A stretch of 64,000 nt of DNA, from the NCBI GenBank assembly GCA_001508335.1, contig LGFX01000002.1, positions 11,179 through 75,178 of the forward strand, given 5' to 3'. Under the pieces are notes generated by a model that did not search any database, had not been told where the DNA came from, and was given only the letters and a program-made list of their open reading frames with translations. This DNA is from a candidate division TA06 bacterium 32_111. Its GTDB lineage: Bacteria; Hydrothermota; 32-111. A program made the translations under genes and the position numbers. Shown here one piece after another: positions 10,242 through 18,589 of this stretch; the stretch's first letter is position 1, and every line of letters starts with the position of its first letter.

Positions 10242-10939
10242 ATTCCAACTATTGAAACATCAGGAACAAACTGAGTCATTATATCTCTAAACTTTTTCAA
10301 CTCTTCAGGTTTGTAGGGAACTACACCGGTAAAATCATCATTCAAAGTTTTCCAATTCCTAAACTGCTGGATAACATACTTTTTTGCACCTGTTATCAAA
10401 ACACCTATCTCTCTAACATCCTCAAGAGTTACAAGTTGTGGAACTATAGTTGTTCTGAACTCATAATCAATCTTTGAGTTCAAAAGTATTTCAACAGAAC
10501 TTTTTATCCTTTCAAAATCAATATTTACTCCACATGCTACAACATACTTTGAAGGTGATGTTTTTATATCCATCGCTACGTAATCAATAAGATTTTCGGA
10601 AAGAAGTTTCTTTAGAATTTGTGGATTGTAACCGTTAGTATCAACTTTTACTGGAAGTTTAAATTTTTCTCTTAAGTTTGAAATGAAACCTATAATATCT
10701 TCACTTAAAAGTGGTTCACCACCTGTTATAGATATACCTTCGATGAAATTTTTTCTCTCATCAATAAGAGAAAATAACCTCTCCTCCGTTATAGTCTGTA
10801 AAGAGTCAAAATCATCAACAAGTTCTTTGTTATGACAGAAAGGACATCTGAAGTTACATCCAGCCAAAAAAATGGTTGATGAAACTTTGTCTGGATAATC
10901 AAGTGTGGTAATACCTTGAAAACCTTTTACTTGAACCAT
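10238..10939 (-). CDS. nrdG: anaerobic ribonucleoside-triphosphate reductase activating protein (radical SAM)
   Basis: CNFRCPFCHN radical-SAM cysteine motif; position immediately downstream of nrdD. Confidence 0.85.
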   Translation of the reverse strand: MVQVKGFQGITTLDYPDKVSSTIFLAGCNFRCPFCHNKELVDDFDSLQTITEERLFSLIDERKNFIEGISITGGEPLLSEDIIGFISNLREKFKLPVKVDTNGYNPQILKKLLSENLIDYVAMDIKTSPSKYVVACGVNIDFERIKSSVEILLNSKIDYEFRTTIVPQLVTLEDVREIGVLITGAKKYVIQQFRNWKTLNDDFTGVVPYKPEELKKFRDIMTQFVPDVSIVGI

Positions 10940-10966
10940 TTTAATTTTTAAAACGTTTAGAAAATT

Positions 10967-11140
10967 TTAAACTTTGAACTCTTTTCTATCCTTGAACTCT
11001 TCCCTTTTGCCTTCGTTCCAGTTGTTTACGGGTCTGAAATAACCAACAACCCTACTGTAGATCTCTGTTGGAACAACTTTAACCTTTTCGAGTTCTTCTT
11101 TTTTTTCACCATTCTTCAAAATTGTTTTTGCCTCTTCCAT
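10967..11140 (-). CDS. 57-aa ORF encoding the glycyl-radical domain of class III RNR (SRVVGYFRPV), separated from nrdD by an in-frame TAG
   Basis: Hand translation gives MEEAKTILKNGEKKEELEKVKVVPTEIYSRVVGYFRPVNNWNEGKREEFKDRKEFKV, resembling the NrdD C-terminal RVCGYLG...HGKQ.E...R glycyl radical motif. It has its own SD (AAGGGAGAA) and an ATG directly after the nrdD TAG, in the same frame. Confidence 0.6.
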   Translation of the reverse strand: MEEAKTILKNGEKKEELEKVKVVPTEIYSRVVGYFRPVNNWNEGKREEFKDRKEFKV

Positions 11141-13285
11141 CTATTCTCCTTTTTCAACATATATTTCAACGCCAAACTTTTCGAGTTCTTGGGGTGAATG
11201 ATCGTAAGGGCAGAATTTATGTTCTCCCGGGATATAACCATGAACAGGACATATTGAAAATGTTGGGGTTATTGTGAAATAAGGAAGATGAAAATTCTCA
11301 GCGATCTTCTTAACGAGTTTTTTACATGCACTGATAGAGTAAATCCTTTCTCCGATAAAACCATGTAAAACTGTTCCTCCGGTGTATTGACACTGAAGTT
11401 CATCCTGTAATTTCAGAGCCTCAAAAAGATCATCGGTGAAACCCACTGGAAGTTGAGTTGAGTTTGTATAGTAGGGAACATCTTTACCTGCTGTTATTAT
11501 ATCTGGATAACGTTTTTTATCCTCTTTAGCCAACCTGTAAGATGTTCCTTCTGCTGGTGATGCCTCAAGGTTGTAAAGATTTCCAGTTTCATCTGTGAAC
11601 TTTTCAAGTTTTTCTCTCATAAATTTTAAAGTTTCAAGAGCAAACTCTCTTCCATTTTTTTGCCCTATATTCTCTCCAACAAGCATCAGTGCTGCTTCAT
11701 TCATCCCCACAAGTCCAATAGTTGAAAAATGGTTTGCCCAATATTTCCCATTCATTTTTTTTACATCTTCAAGATAAACTTTGGAGTAAGGATAAAGGTT
11801 ATCCTCTGTAAACTTTTCAAGAATCTTTCTCTTTATTTCAAGTGATTCTTTAGCTAATTGCATCATCCTTTCAAGTTTTGTGAAAAATTCTGATTTGCTT
11901 TTACTGTTGTATGCGATCCTTGGAATATTTATGGTAACAACACCAACTGAACCTGTCATAGGATTTGCTCCAAAAAGACCACCACTCCTTTTTGGATGTT
12001 TATCGATTTTTTCTTCATTAACATTATTTTTGTTTGCGAGTAAGTTCAGTTGTATCTTTTCACTCCTTTTTTTCAACTCCCTGTTATCAAGTCTCAACCT
12101 ACAACACATACTCCTTGCATCTGAAGGATCCATATCAGAGTTTATAAAGTTACTGAAATATGGAATGCCATACTTCGCCGTCATCTCCCATATCTTTTCA
12201 AGGTTTGGATTGTTCCAATCGAAATTCTTTGTGATATTGTATGTCGGAATTGGAAATGTGAAAATTCTACCCTTAGCATCACCTTCCATCATCACCTCGG
12301 CAAAAGCCTTGTTGAACATATCCATTTCCTGCTGGAACTCTTTGTATGTCTCGTTCATCCTCTTTCCACCTATTATTACTCTTTCATCCTTCAAAGTTTC
12401 CGGACAAACAAGATCCATTGTAACATTGGTGAAAGGTGTTTGAAATCCAACCCTTGTTGGGACATTAACGTTGAAAACGAACTCCTGCATAGCCTGTTTA
12501 ACATCATCGTATGTTAACTCATCATACCTTATGAATGGGGAAAGGTATGTATCAAAATTTGAAAATGCCTGTGCCCCTGCTGCCTCTCCCTGTAATGTGT
12601 AAAAAAAGTTTACTATCTGTCCTAATGCTGTCCTGAAATGTTTCGCTGGTTTTGATTCTATCTTTCCAGTTACTCCACCAAGACCTTTTAAAAGTAAAAG
12701 TTCAAGGTCCCATCCACAACAGTAAACTGAAAGCATCCCAAGATCATGTATGTGTAGATCACCTTCCCTATGTGCATTTGCAACCTCTTTTGGATAAACT
12801 TTTTCAAGCCAATAGAGTGCCGATATCGTCGATGAAATATGGTTGTTCAAACCTTGCAAAGAGTAAGACATATTCGAATTCTCGTTAACCCTCCAGTCCA
12901 ATTTTTCAATGTATTCATCCATCAAATCTATACTATCCTTTATCAACTCTTTGCTTTTTCTTAACTGGTTATGCTGCTCTCTGTAAAGTATATAGGCTTT
13001 CGCAGTTTTTGCGTGCCCAGATTCTATGAGCATCTTTTCAACAAGATCCTGAACATTCTCAACAGTTGGTATCCTTCCATCCTTATACAAAACCTCAAGA
13101 ACAGCAACTATCTGGTTTGTAATCTTTTTTGCTGGTTGTATATCATCTCCACCAACAGCCTTTACAGCTTTAAAGATAGCTTCAGTTATCTTGTTTTCAT
13201 CGAATTTTTCTACTCTACCATCTCTTTTTCTTATATATTCGACTTTTGACACTCCTCCTCCATTTTTTTTAGAAAATATTATCAC
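11141..13285 (-). CDS. nrdD: anaerobic ribonucleoside-triphosphate reductase (class III), catalytic polypeptide ending at a TAG before the glycyl-radical domain
   Basis: 714-aa ORF with ATP-cone start (KVEYIRKRDGRVEKFDENKI) and the long NrdD core. The likely true start is the GTG at 13252, preceded by GGAGGAGGA. The C-terminus has a Zn-site-like CPVH...CPYDH and then stops at the TAG at 11141-11143. Confidence 0.9.
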   Translation of the reverse strand: MIIFSKKNGGGVSKVEYIRKRDGRVEKFDENKITEAIFKAVKAVGGDDIQPAKKITNQIVAVLEVLYKDGRIPTVENVQDLVEKMLIESGHAKTAKAYILYREQHNQLRKSKELIKDSIDLMDEYIEKLDWRVNENSNMSYSLQGLNNHISSTISALYWLEKVYPKEVANAHREGDLHIHDLGMLSVYCCGWDLELLLLKGLGGVTGKIESKPAKHFRTALGQIVNFFYTLQGEAAGAQAFSNFDTYLSPFIRYDELTYDDVKQAMQEFVFNVNVPTRVGFQTPFTNVTMDLVCPETLKDERVIIGGKRMNETYKEFQQEMDMFNKAFAEVMMEGDAKGRIFTFPIPTYNITKNFDWNNPNLEKIWEMTAKYGIPYFSNFINSDMDPSDARSMCCRLRLDNRELKKRSEKIQLNLLANKNNVNEEKIDKHPKRSGGLFGANPMTGSVGVVTINIPRIAYNSKSKSEFFTKLERMMQLAKESLEIKRKILEKFTEDNLYPYSKVYLEDVKKMNGKYWANHFSTIGLVGMNEAALMLVGENIGQKNGREFALETLKFMREKLEKFTDETGNLYNLEASPAEGTSYRLAKEDKKRYPDIITAGKDVPYYTNSTQLPVGFTDDLFEALKLQDELQCQYTGGTVLHGFIGERIYSISACKKLVKKIAENFHLPYFTITPTFSICPVHGYIPGEHKFCPYDHSPQELEKFGVEIYVEKGE

Positions 13286-13304
13286 TCAACTTTAAAATGT
13301 CAAT

Positions 13305-13330
13305 AGACTCCACTAAATATAGTGGAGTCT
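13305..13330. promoter_or_regulatory. perfect 11-bp inverted repeat AGACTCCACTA-AATA-TAGTGGAGTCT abutting the nrdD promoter (TTGACA-16-TAATAT); NrdR-box-like operator and/or hairpin terminator
   Basis: The palindrome is seen directly. The half-site cCACtAaA resembles the NrdR box consensus acaCwAtA. It sits immediately upstream of the -35 element of nrdD and about 50 nt downstream of the stop of the upstream lipoprotein gene. Confidence 0.4.
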
Positions 13331-13380
13331 TATTTTGTAAAATACAATATGTTGAAAAATAGTTGAACTTATACTTTCGA

Positions 13381-14334
13381 TTATTTTACAAACATTTCAG
13401 CAACCTTTAAAGGTATTTCGAAGTCTAAAGAATCAAGTGTTGTAAGTTCTAAAAAATCGATAAGATAGATTTTTCCAACATTTGTTGAGATTACAATTTT
13501 CCCTTTGAAGTATTCTATATCTGAAGGTGAGGGAATATTTAAGGTGTTGAGAATGTTTAAATCTTTATCAAGTATATAGAGTTTGCTGAAGATATCCAAC
13601 AAAAAAATTTTATCCTCAACAACTTTTACTTTTCCAAGATAGTTTTCAAAACTCAAAGAATCAAGTTCTACACCATTTTTTATCTTTTTTATTTTGCCTT
13701 TTATATCATCGTAGTTTCCAACAAGTGAAACATATATATTGTTTTCACCATCAATATCAAGGTAGGATGGATTTGAACCTTTTGCAAGATCGGTTTCAAC
13801 ATTTTTAAAATCTTCTGATATTTTGTATATATGTCCTGTCAGTGATGTGTTGTTTGAACCAACATACAGGAAGCCATCTTTATAAACTATCTCTTGTGGT
13901 GCGGTCAAAGTTAGGGAGTCAACTATAGAAAAAGTAGTTTTTTCAATCTTTAAAAGAGAGTTGGAAAGCCAATCCGTAACAAAAATGTAATCTTTACTAC
14001 CTGATATATAGGCAGGAGAACTCAAATCTCCCCTTTCTATCTGTGATATTCTTTTTCCACTAAGATCATACTTTTCAATAGATGGAACTCCACCAAAACC
14101 AGAATTGGTTATGTAAATATTACTTTCATCCACAAAAATATCTGTCGGTGCTGTTCCGGTTGTCAAAAGTGGAGTGGTTTCAAGATTGAATAGAGAATCA
14201 ACGATGTAAACCGCCTCCTTCTCCCAATCAAGGATGTAAACAGAGTTCTCAAAAGGCTCCTTTTTTAAAAGTGAACAGGAAATTGAAAAAATTAAAACAA
14301 ACAAAAGTGAAGAGATCAAAAAGTCTTTTTTCAT
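13381..14334 (-). CDS. lipoprotein (lipobox LIFSISC), beta-rich/propeller-like, translationally coupled to the BtuB-like receptor; candidate BtuG-like B12-binding surface lipoprotein
   Basis: Signal peptide MKKDFLISSLLFVLIFSISCS. Its start codon overlaps the stop of the upstream gene (TAATG). Repetitive beta-strand-like segments. The BtuG assignment is inference from context only. Confidence 0.5.
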   Translation of the reverse strand: MKKDFLISSLLFVLIFSISCSLLKKEPFENSVYILDWEKEAVYIVDSLFNLETTPLLTTGTAPTDIFVDESNIYITNSGFGGVPSIEKYDLSGKRISQIERGDLSSPAYISGSKDYIFVTDWLSNSLLKIEKTTFSIVDSLTLTAPQEIVYKDGFLYVGSNNTSLTGHIYKISEDFKNVETDLAKGSNPSYLDIDGENNIYVSLVGNYDDIKGKIKKIKNGVELDSLSFENYLGKVKVVEDKIFLLDIFSKLYILDKDLNILNTLNIPSPSDIEYFKGKIVISTNVGKIYLIDFLELTTLDSLDFEIPLKVAEMFVK

Positions 14335-16220
14335 TAAACCTCCATCTTCAGGTTAAAAGTTACTTTTCTTCCTTCCTTTATGTATCCTTTTACACTCTCA
14401 ATCCTCAGATCGAAAGGATTGATGATCGAAAATGTTAAGACAAAATTTTTCAAATTGTATTCAACACCTGTTTCATCTAAGGATATATAAAATGGCAAAT
14501 ACTTTGTGTTCTCATTGTTCAAAAATCTGATTGACCTGTACTCAAGGTAGAGAAAGAAATTGAAATTTTTAAATGTATAGAATGCAAAATAGTTTAGATT
14601 TAGAGGTGATGTGTAAAGAAGTAATTTGAACCTTTCAAGGATCATAGGAGAGATCGTTAAAGTTAAAGAGTTGTTTATATTAAAAAATTTTTTGTTATAC
14701 TCAAAACCTATGTATGGGTTATAAGTTTTCAAAATATTTTGAGGAGAGTAAACACCATTTATATTAATCCATCTTATGAGATCTTTATAATAGTTAAAAC
14801 CTGCAAAAAACTTTTTTTCTTCATCTGAAAAAGTTAAAGAGTATGAAAAAATCTTTTCGTTTAAAAGATTCTCATTACCTTTAGAAAATATATCACCAAC
14901 CCAGTACAACTCGTTGAATGTAGGTCTTCTCGTTGAGATTTTAATAGAGTTATAAAAAATATAATCTTTTAAGTAAAATTCTTTTGAAACGGTAAAACTG
15001 TAAACATAATTTTTTTTCAAAAAATCTTCATTAAAATTTGAAGAGAAGGAAAAAGAGTTTGAAAATTTTAAGGACCCTAAAATAAGGTTAGAAAACAAAC
15101 CGTAAAAGTATTCGTTGACATTTGAAACTTTTGTTGATTTTATAAAATTTTTCTGAAAGAATGTTCCAACTCCACTCTTATTCTTTTCAAATTTTATTAT
15201 GATATTATCTGAAAAAGTTTTTGAAGTATCGAAAACTCTTAAATCTTTGTTGTCATAAATATAGGTGTAAATGTTGTTAGAATAAAAAATTTTTAGAAAC
15301 TTTGAAAGATTAAAAGTTAAATTAAAAATTCTGTTGCCTTCAAATATTGTAGAGTTGAAAAATCTATGTCCCTGAATTCCCGGATCACCTGTTTGGCTCT
15401 TTCCATATATATATAGTATTGAAAAAAAATCTCTTTTAAAATAAAAGTAATTACTAAATCCATTTTGGTATGAGTTTTTTAGTTTTTCTCCATAAGGTAA
15501 AACCAAATCATTCTTGTCAAAATAAAATTTTCCAAATTTAAAACCTTTAAAAGATAGGGTCAAATCAATATCGTAAGATTTTTTATCATCAAAAGTTATA
15601 TTTATTTTTGTTTTATCACTTTTTTCAATCCGAAAATCTATTCCAGATGAAAAAAGGTTTTCTCCAAGAAAGTTGGATCTGTCATTTTTATAAAAATTTA
15701 AGGAAGAGAAAAGGTTTTTGGGAAATAAAGATATTGGAACCATTCTTGATTGCTGGTTTACAATTGGAACACCATCTATGGACAAAATGTTATCCTCATT
15801 TAAAAGTCCATCAACAGAAATAATATAACTCCTGTTGTACTCTCTCAAAGTTACCTGTGGTATTTTTTTTATTATGGAAAACAGATCTTTCTCTTCGATC
15901 TTAATATTTAAAATATCACTTTCTATCCTTTCATTCTCTACAACAAGTGGTTTATACATAAAAGGTTCAATTTCAAGATAGATACTCATCGTATCATCTG
16001 TAACCTTAAATCTTTTTTCCTTATAACCCAATGAGGATAAACTTATCTCTTTTCCCTTCTGGATTTCAAATGGTGTTTTAAGTTGGTAAGTTTTTCCATC
16101 ATAGGAAACTTTTACAAAAACAATACTATCATAGGTGGATTTATCGTAAACATATATATATGCTGAAAATATTTTCAGAAAAAGGGAAAAAATAAATAAA
16201 AATACTAATATTTTTTTCAT
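14334..16220 (-). CDS. TonB-dependent outer-membrane receptor-like protein (BtuB-like) under a cobalamin riboswitch
   Basis: ORF 14334..16250. The likely start is the Met at 16220 (MKKILVFLFIFSLFLKIFSA signal) with SD AAGGA. A plug-like motif (IPQVTLREYNRSYIISVDG...ILSIDGVPIVNQ) resembles the TonB-dependent receptor plug IRG...NRVLVLIDGVP. The C-terminal approximately 400 aa show beta-barrel-like alternating aromatics. Confidence 0.6.
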   Translation of the reverse strand: MKKILVFLFIFSLFLKIFSAYIYVYDKSTYDSIVFVKVSYDGKTYQLKTPFEIQKGKEISLSSLGYKEKRFKVTDDTMSIYLEIEPFMYKPLVVENERIESDILNIKIEEKDLFSIIKKIPQVTLREYNRSYIISVDGLLNEDNILSIDGVPIVNQQSRMVPISLFPKNLFSSLNFYKNDRSNFLGENLFSSGIDFRIEKSDKTKINITFDDKKSYDIDLTLSFKGFKFGKFYFDKNDLVLPYGEKLKNSYQNGFSNYFYFKRDFFSILYIYGKSQTGDPGIQGHRFFNSTIFEGNRIFNLTFNLSKFLKIFYSNNIYTYIYDNKDLRVFDTSKTFSDNIIIKFEKNKSGVGTFFQKNFIKSTKVSNVNEYFYGLFSNLILGSLKFSNSFSFSSNFNEDFLKKNYVYSFTVSKEFYLKDYIFYNSIKISTRRPTFNELYWVGDIFSKGNENLLNEKIFSYSLTFSDEEKKFFAGFNYYKDLIRWININGVYSPQNILKTYNPYIGFEYNKKFFNINNSLTLTISPMILERFKLLLYTSPLNLNYFAFYTFKNFNFFLYLEYRSIRFLNNENTKYLPFYISLDETGVEYNLKNFVLTFSIINPFDLRIESVKGYIKEGRKVTFNLKMEV

Positions 16221-16223
16221 ATC

Positions 16224-16409
16224 CATCCTTGTCAGGACGGACCCTGTCAAAGCAGGTTCCGTTATCAGGCAGGTTTCCTGGCTTGCGGCTTAAACCTCCT
16301 GCCACCTTCCCCTTTTACGGGTGGTATAAGGCATTCGTATCCGCTTACAGTTGCTTGACAGCAGTGGATTTTCACCACTTTCCCTTTTACCTCAAAAGAG
16401 CACCTGACA
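16224..16409 (-). promoter_or_regulatory. cobalamin (AdoCbl) riboswitch in the 5' leader of the BtuB-like gene
   Basis: The minus-strand RNA contains AAAAGGGAAAGUGGUGAAAAUCCACUGCUGUCAAGCAACUGUAAGCGG. This matches the conserved cobalamin riboswitch core AAaGGGAA..GGUGaAAauCC..GCuG.C..GCAACuGUAAgcGG. It also contains the B12 box AAGCCAGGAAACCUGCC. The element is a GC-rich island in AT-rich DNA. A promoter (TTGATT-15-TATAAT) lies at 16415-16441. The 3' end overlaps the SD of the downstream gene. Confidence 0.85.
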
Positions 16410-16474
16410 CATTCATTATATACAAATTAAAAAAAAATCAAGAAATTTTCAAATTCTTTAAAAGAAGTTTAATA

Positions 16475-16503
16475 TTGACAATTTCTCTATTCTTTATATA
16501 CTA
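16475..16503 (+). promoter_or_regulatory. candidate sigma-70-type promoter for the rpsP operon (TTGACA, 16-17 nt spacer, TATACT), divergent from the riboswitch promoter
   Basis: TTGACA is at 16475-16480 and a -10-like hexamer at about 16497-16503, 30 nt upstream of the rpsP SD GGAGGT. Confidence 0.4.
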
Positions 16504-16536
16504 TAAAATTCTAAAAATACAAACCATGGAGGTATA

Positions 16537-16812
16537 ATGGTTAATATACATTTGAAAAGGATAGGAAAAAAGAAAACTCTATGTTATAGGGTTGTTGTTG
16601 CTGATTCAAGGTTTCCAAGAGATGGTAGATTCATCGACAGTATTGGTTCATACGACCCAAAGGGCAAAAATTTAACAAAGCTCGATCTTATGAAGTACGA
16701 TGCATGGATAAAAAAGGGAGCAAAACCTACAAAAAGAGTTGAATCTATAATAAAACTTTACAGAGAAAATAAATTGGAAGGAAAGGTAGAAAAAGATGAA
16801 ATCACTTCTTGA
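16537..16812 (+). CDS. rpsP: 30S ribosomal protein S16
   Basis: MVNIHLKRIGKKKTLCYRVVVADSRFPRDGRFIDSIGSYDP is the canonical S16 N-terminus. Confidence 0.95.
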   Translation: MVNIHLKRIGKKKTLCYRVVVADSRFPRDGRFIDSIGSYDPKGKNLTKLDLMKYDAWIKKGAKPTKRVESIIKLYRENKLEGKVEKDEITS

Positions 16813-17026
16813 ATACATAGTAAAGTCACTCGTAGATAATCCAGAAAAGGTGAAAATACATGTTTGTGAAGGGAAAAAGACAACACTCTATGAGATAGAG
16901 ATTGATAAGGAAGATATTGGAAAAGTTATCGGCAAAGATGGAACTACACTTGATGCAATAAACACACTCCTTTCCGTATCTTCTGTTAAAAATAACAGAA
17001 AATCCGTTCTGGAAATAATTGACTGA
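16796..17026 (+). CDS. KH-domain RNA-binding protein (UPF0109/YlqC family)
   Basis: 76 aa with the KH motif IGKVIGKDGTTL; conserved position between rpsP and rimM. Confidence 0.85.
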   Translation: MKSLLEYIVKSLVDNPEKVKIHVCEGKKTTLYEIEIDKEDIGKVIGKDGTTLDAINTLLSVSSVKNNRKSVLEIID

Positions 17027-17516
17027 TATGTTTTTTAAAGTTGGAAAGATATTGAAACCACACGGTCTTAAGGGAAATCTAAAAGTCCATCTATATGATA
17101 AGGATAGAGAAAATCAGATCCCTGAATTTTTTTTTATAAATGGTGAAAAAATCTTTGTTGAGAATTTTGGTCGTATAGGTTCAAACTTCGTTATAAAGTT
17201 TAAAGGTGTAGACAACAGAACCGATGCTGAAAAGTTGAAAGATCTTTATCTTGAGGTTGAGGAAAAAGATCTGGTTAAACTCAAAGATAACCAATACCAT
17301 TCACATAAAATTGTAGGCTCAAAAATTATTTCTAAAGATGGAAAAGAGATCGGAAAAGTTGTAAATATAATTTTCCTTGAAAATGGAGATGTTTTAGAAG
17401 TAGATATTAAAGGCAAAAAGGAGACAATTCTTTTCAAAAAGGATTTTTTTTCTAAGATAGATCCTGATAGTAAAATCTTACAGTTAAAATACGAAGAAGA
17501 ATTCTATGCGTTTTAG
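17019..17516 (+). CDS. rimM: ribosome maturation factor RimM
   Basis: The VGKILKPHGLKGNLKV start is typical of RimM; operon context. Confidence 0.85.
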   Translation: MTDMFFKVGKILKPHGLKGNLKVHLYDKDRENQIPEFFFINGEKIFVENFGRIGSNFVIKFKGVDNRTDAEKLKDLYLEVEEKDLVKLKDNQYHSHKIVGSKIISKDGKEIGKVVNIIFLENGDVLEVDIKGKKETILFKKDFFSKIDPDSKILQLKYEEEFYAF

Positions 17517-18249
17517 TATAATAACTCTTTTTAGGGAGTTGATAGAACCGTTCTTTGAAACTTCTCTTTTAAAGAGAGCGATAGAGAAAAAACTGATCTC
17601 TGTTGAAATAATAAACCTTAGGGATTTTGGTGTTGGGAAACATAGAAAGGTTGATGATTACCCTTACGGTCTTTCATCTGGAATGATACTGATGTGCGAA
17701 CCTCTAAAAAAAGCTTTGGATTCTATAGAAGGTGAAAACAAATACGTTGTTTTAACCTCACCTTCAGGTGTTCTTTTAAAACAGGATCTCGTTGAAACCA
17801 ATCTATCAAAAAAAGAACATATTGTGATAATAGCAGGAAGGTACAAAGGTATAGATCAGAGGTTTATTGATAAATATGTTGATCTTGAAATCTCCATAGG
17901 TGATTTCATCTTACAGGGTGGAGAGATTCCAGCACTAATAATAGTAGAAACTGTTAGTAGATTTGTAAAAGGAGTTTTACATTCTATAGATTCTGCTGAA
18001 AATGATTCCTTTTCAAAAGGTTTTTTAGATTCACCTAAATACACGAGACCAAAAGTTTTTGAAGGAATGGAGGTGCCTGAAATTTTACTTTCAGGTAACC
18101 ATAAAAAGATTGAAGAGTATGAGGAGTACCAATCTTTAAAGATCACATACAAAAGAAGACCTGATCTCTTGAAAAATAAGGACTTGACAAAAAGACAAAA
18201 AGAAATTATAAATAAAATAAAATCGGAGGAAAAGAATGGCAAAACTTAA
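17506..18249 (+). CDS. trmD: tRNA (guanine37-N1)-methyltransferase
   Basis: MRFSIITLFRELIEPFF...SLLKRAIEKKL and the SPOUT fold motifs (ISIGDFILQGGEIPALII); operon context. Confidence 0.9.
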   Translation: MRFSIITLFRELIEPFFETSLLKRAIEKKLISVEIINLRDFGVGKHRKVDDYPYGLSSGMILMCEPLKKALDSIEGENKYVVLTSPSGVLLKQDLVETNLSKKEHIVIIAGRYKGIDQRFIDKYVDLEISIGDFILQGGEIPALIIVETVSRFVKGVLHSIDSAENDSFSKGFLDSPKYTRPKVFEGMEVPEILLSGNHKKIEEYEEYQSLKITYKRRPDLLKNKDLTKRQKEIINKIKSEEKNGKT

Positions 18250-18589
18250 TATCGACAGAATAAAAAAAGATTTTGAGAAGTCTTTTGATAAAAGTGAAAA
18301 ATACGATTTCAATATCGGAGATACTGTTGATGTATCTGTAAAGATAGAAGAGAGTGGAAAAACGAGAACACAAAAGTTCAGAGGTATAGTTATTGCAAGA
18401 AGGGGAACGTCTGTAGGACAGACCGTAACGGTTAGAAAAATTTCTCAGGGAATAGGTGTTGAAAGAATTTTCCCGATAAACTCTCCAAATGTTTCCGATA
18501 TAAAAGTTGTAAAGAAAAGCAAAGTCAGAAGAGCAAAATTAAACTATATGAGAGGTAGAACAGGAAAGGCTGCCACAAAAGTAGAATGA
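18236..18589 (+). CDS. rplS: 50S ribosomal protein L19
   Basis: Sequence (GDTVDVSVKIEESGKTRTQKFRGIVIARRG...) is typical of L19. Confidence 0.95.
   Translation: MAKLNIDRIKKDFEKSFDKSEKYDFNIGDTVDVSVKIEESGKTRTQKFRGIVIARRGTSVGQTVTVRKISQGIGVERIFPINSPNVSDIKVVKKSKVRRAKLNYMRGRTGKAATKVE

Noticed and set aside
11595-13249. Several plus-strand ORFs (60-187 aa) inside nrdD
   Set aside because: They are antisense to a well-supported conserved gene. They are low-complexity and hydrophobic, typical of AT-rich antisense frames.
16224-16420. GC-rich structured element considered as SRP RNA (4.5S), RNase P RNA or 6S RNA
   Set aside because: It has no GGAAGGAAGCAGC SRP helix-8 motif and no RNase P P4 core. 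The minus strand instead matches the cobalamin riboswitch core and B12 box closely, and it sits as a 5' leader of a transporter gene.
16229-16537. 102-aa plus-strand ORF (MSGRTLSKQVPLSGRFPGLRLKPP...)
   Set aside because: It lies entirely within the GC-rich cobalamin riboswitch on the opposite strand. Its odd composition (many R, P and G) reflects the RNA element, not coding. It has no SD.
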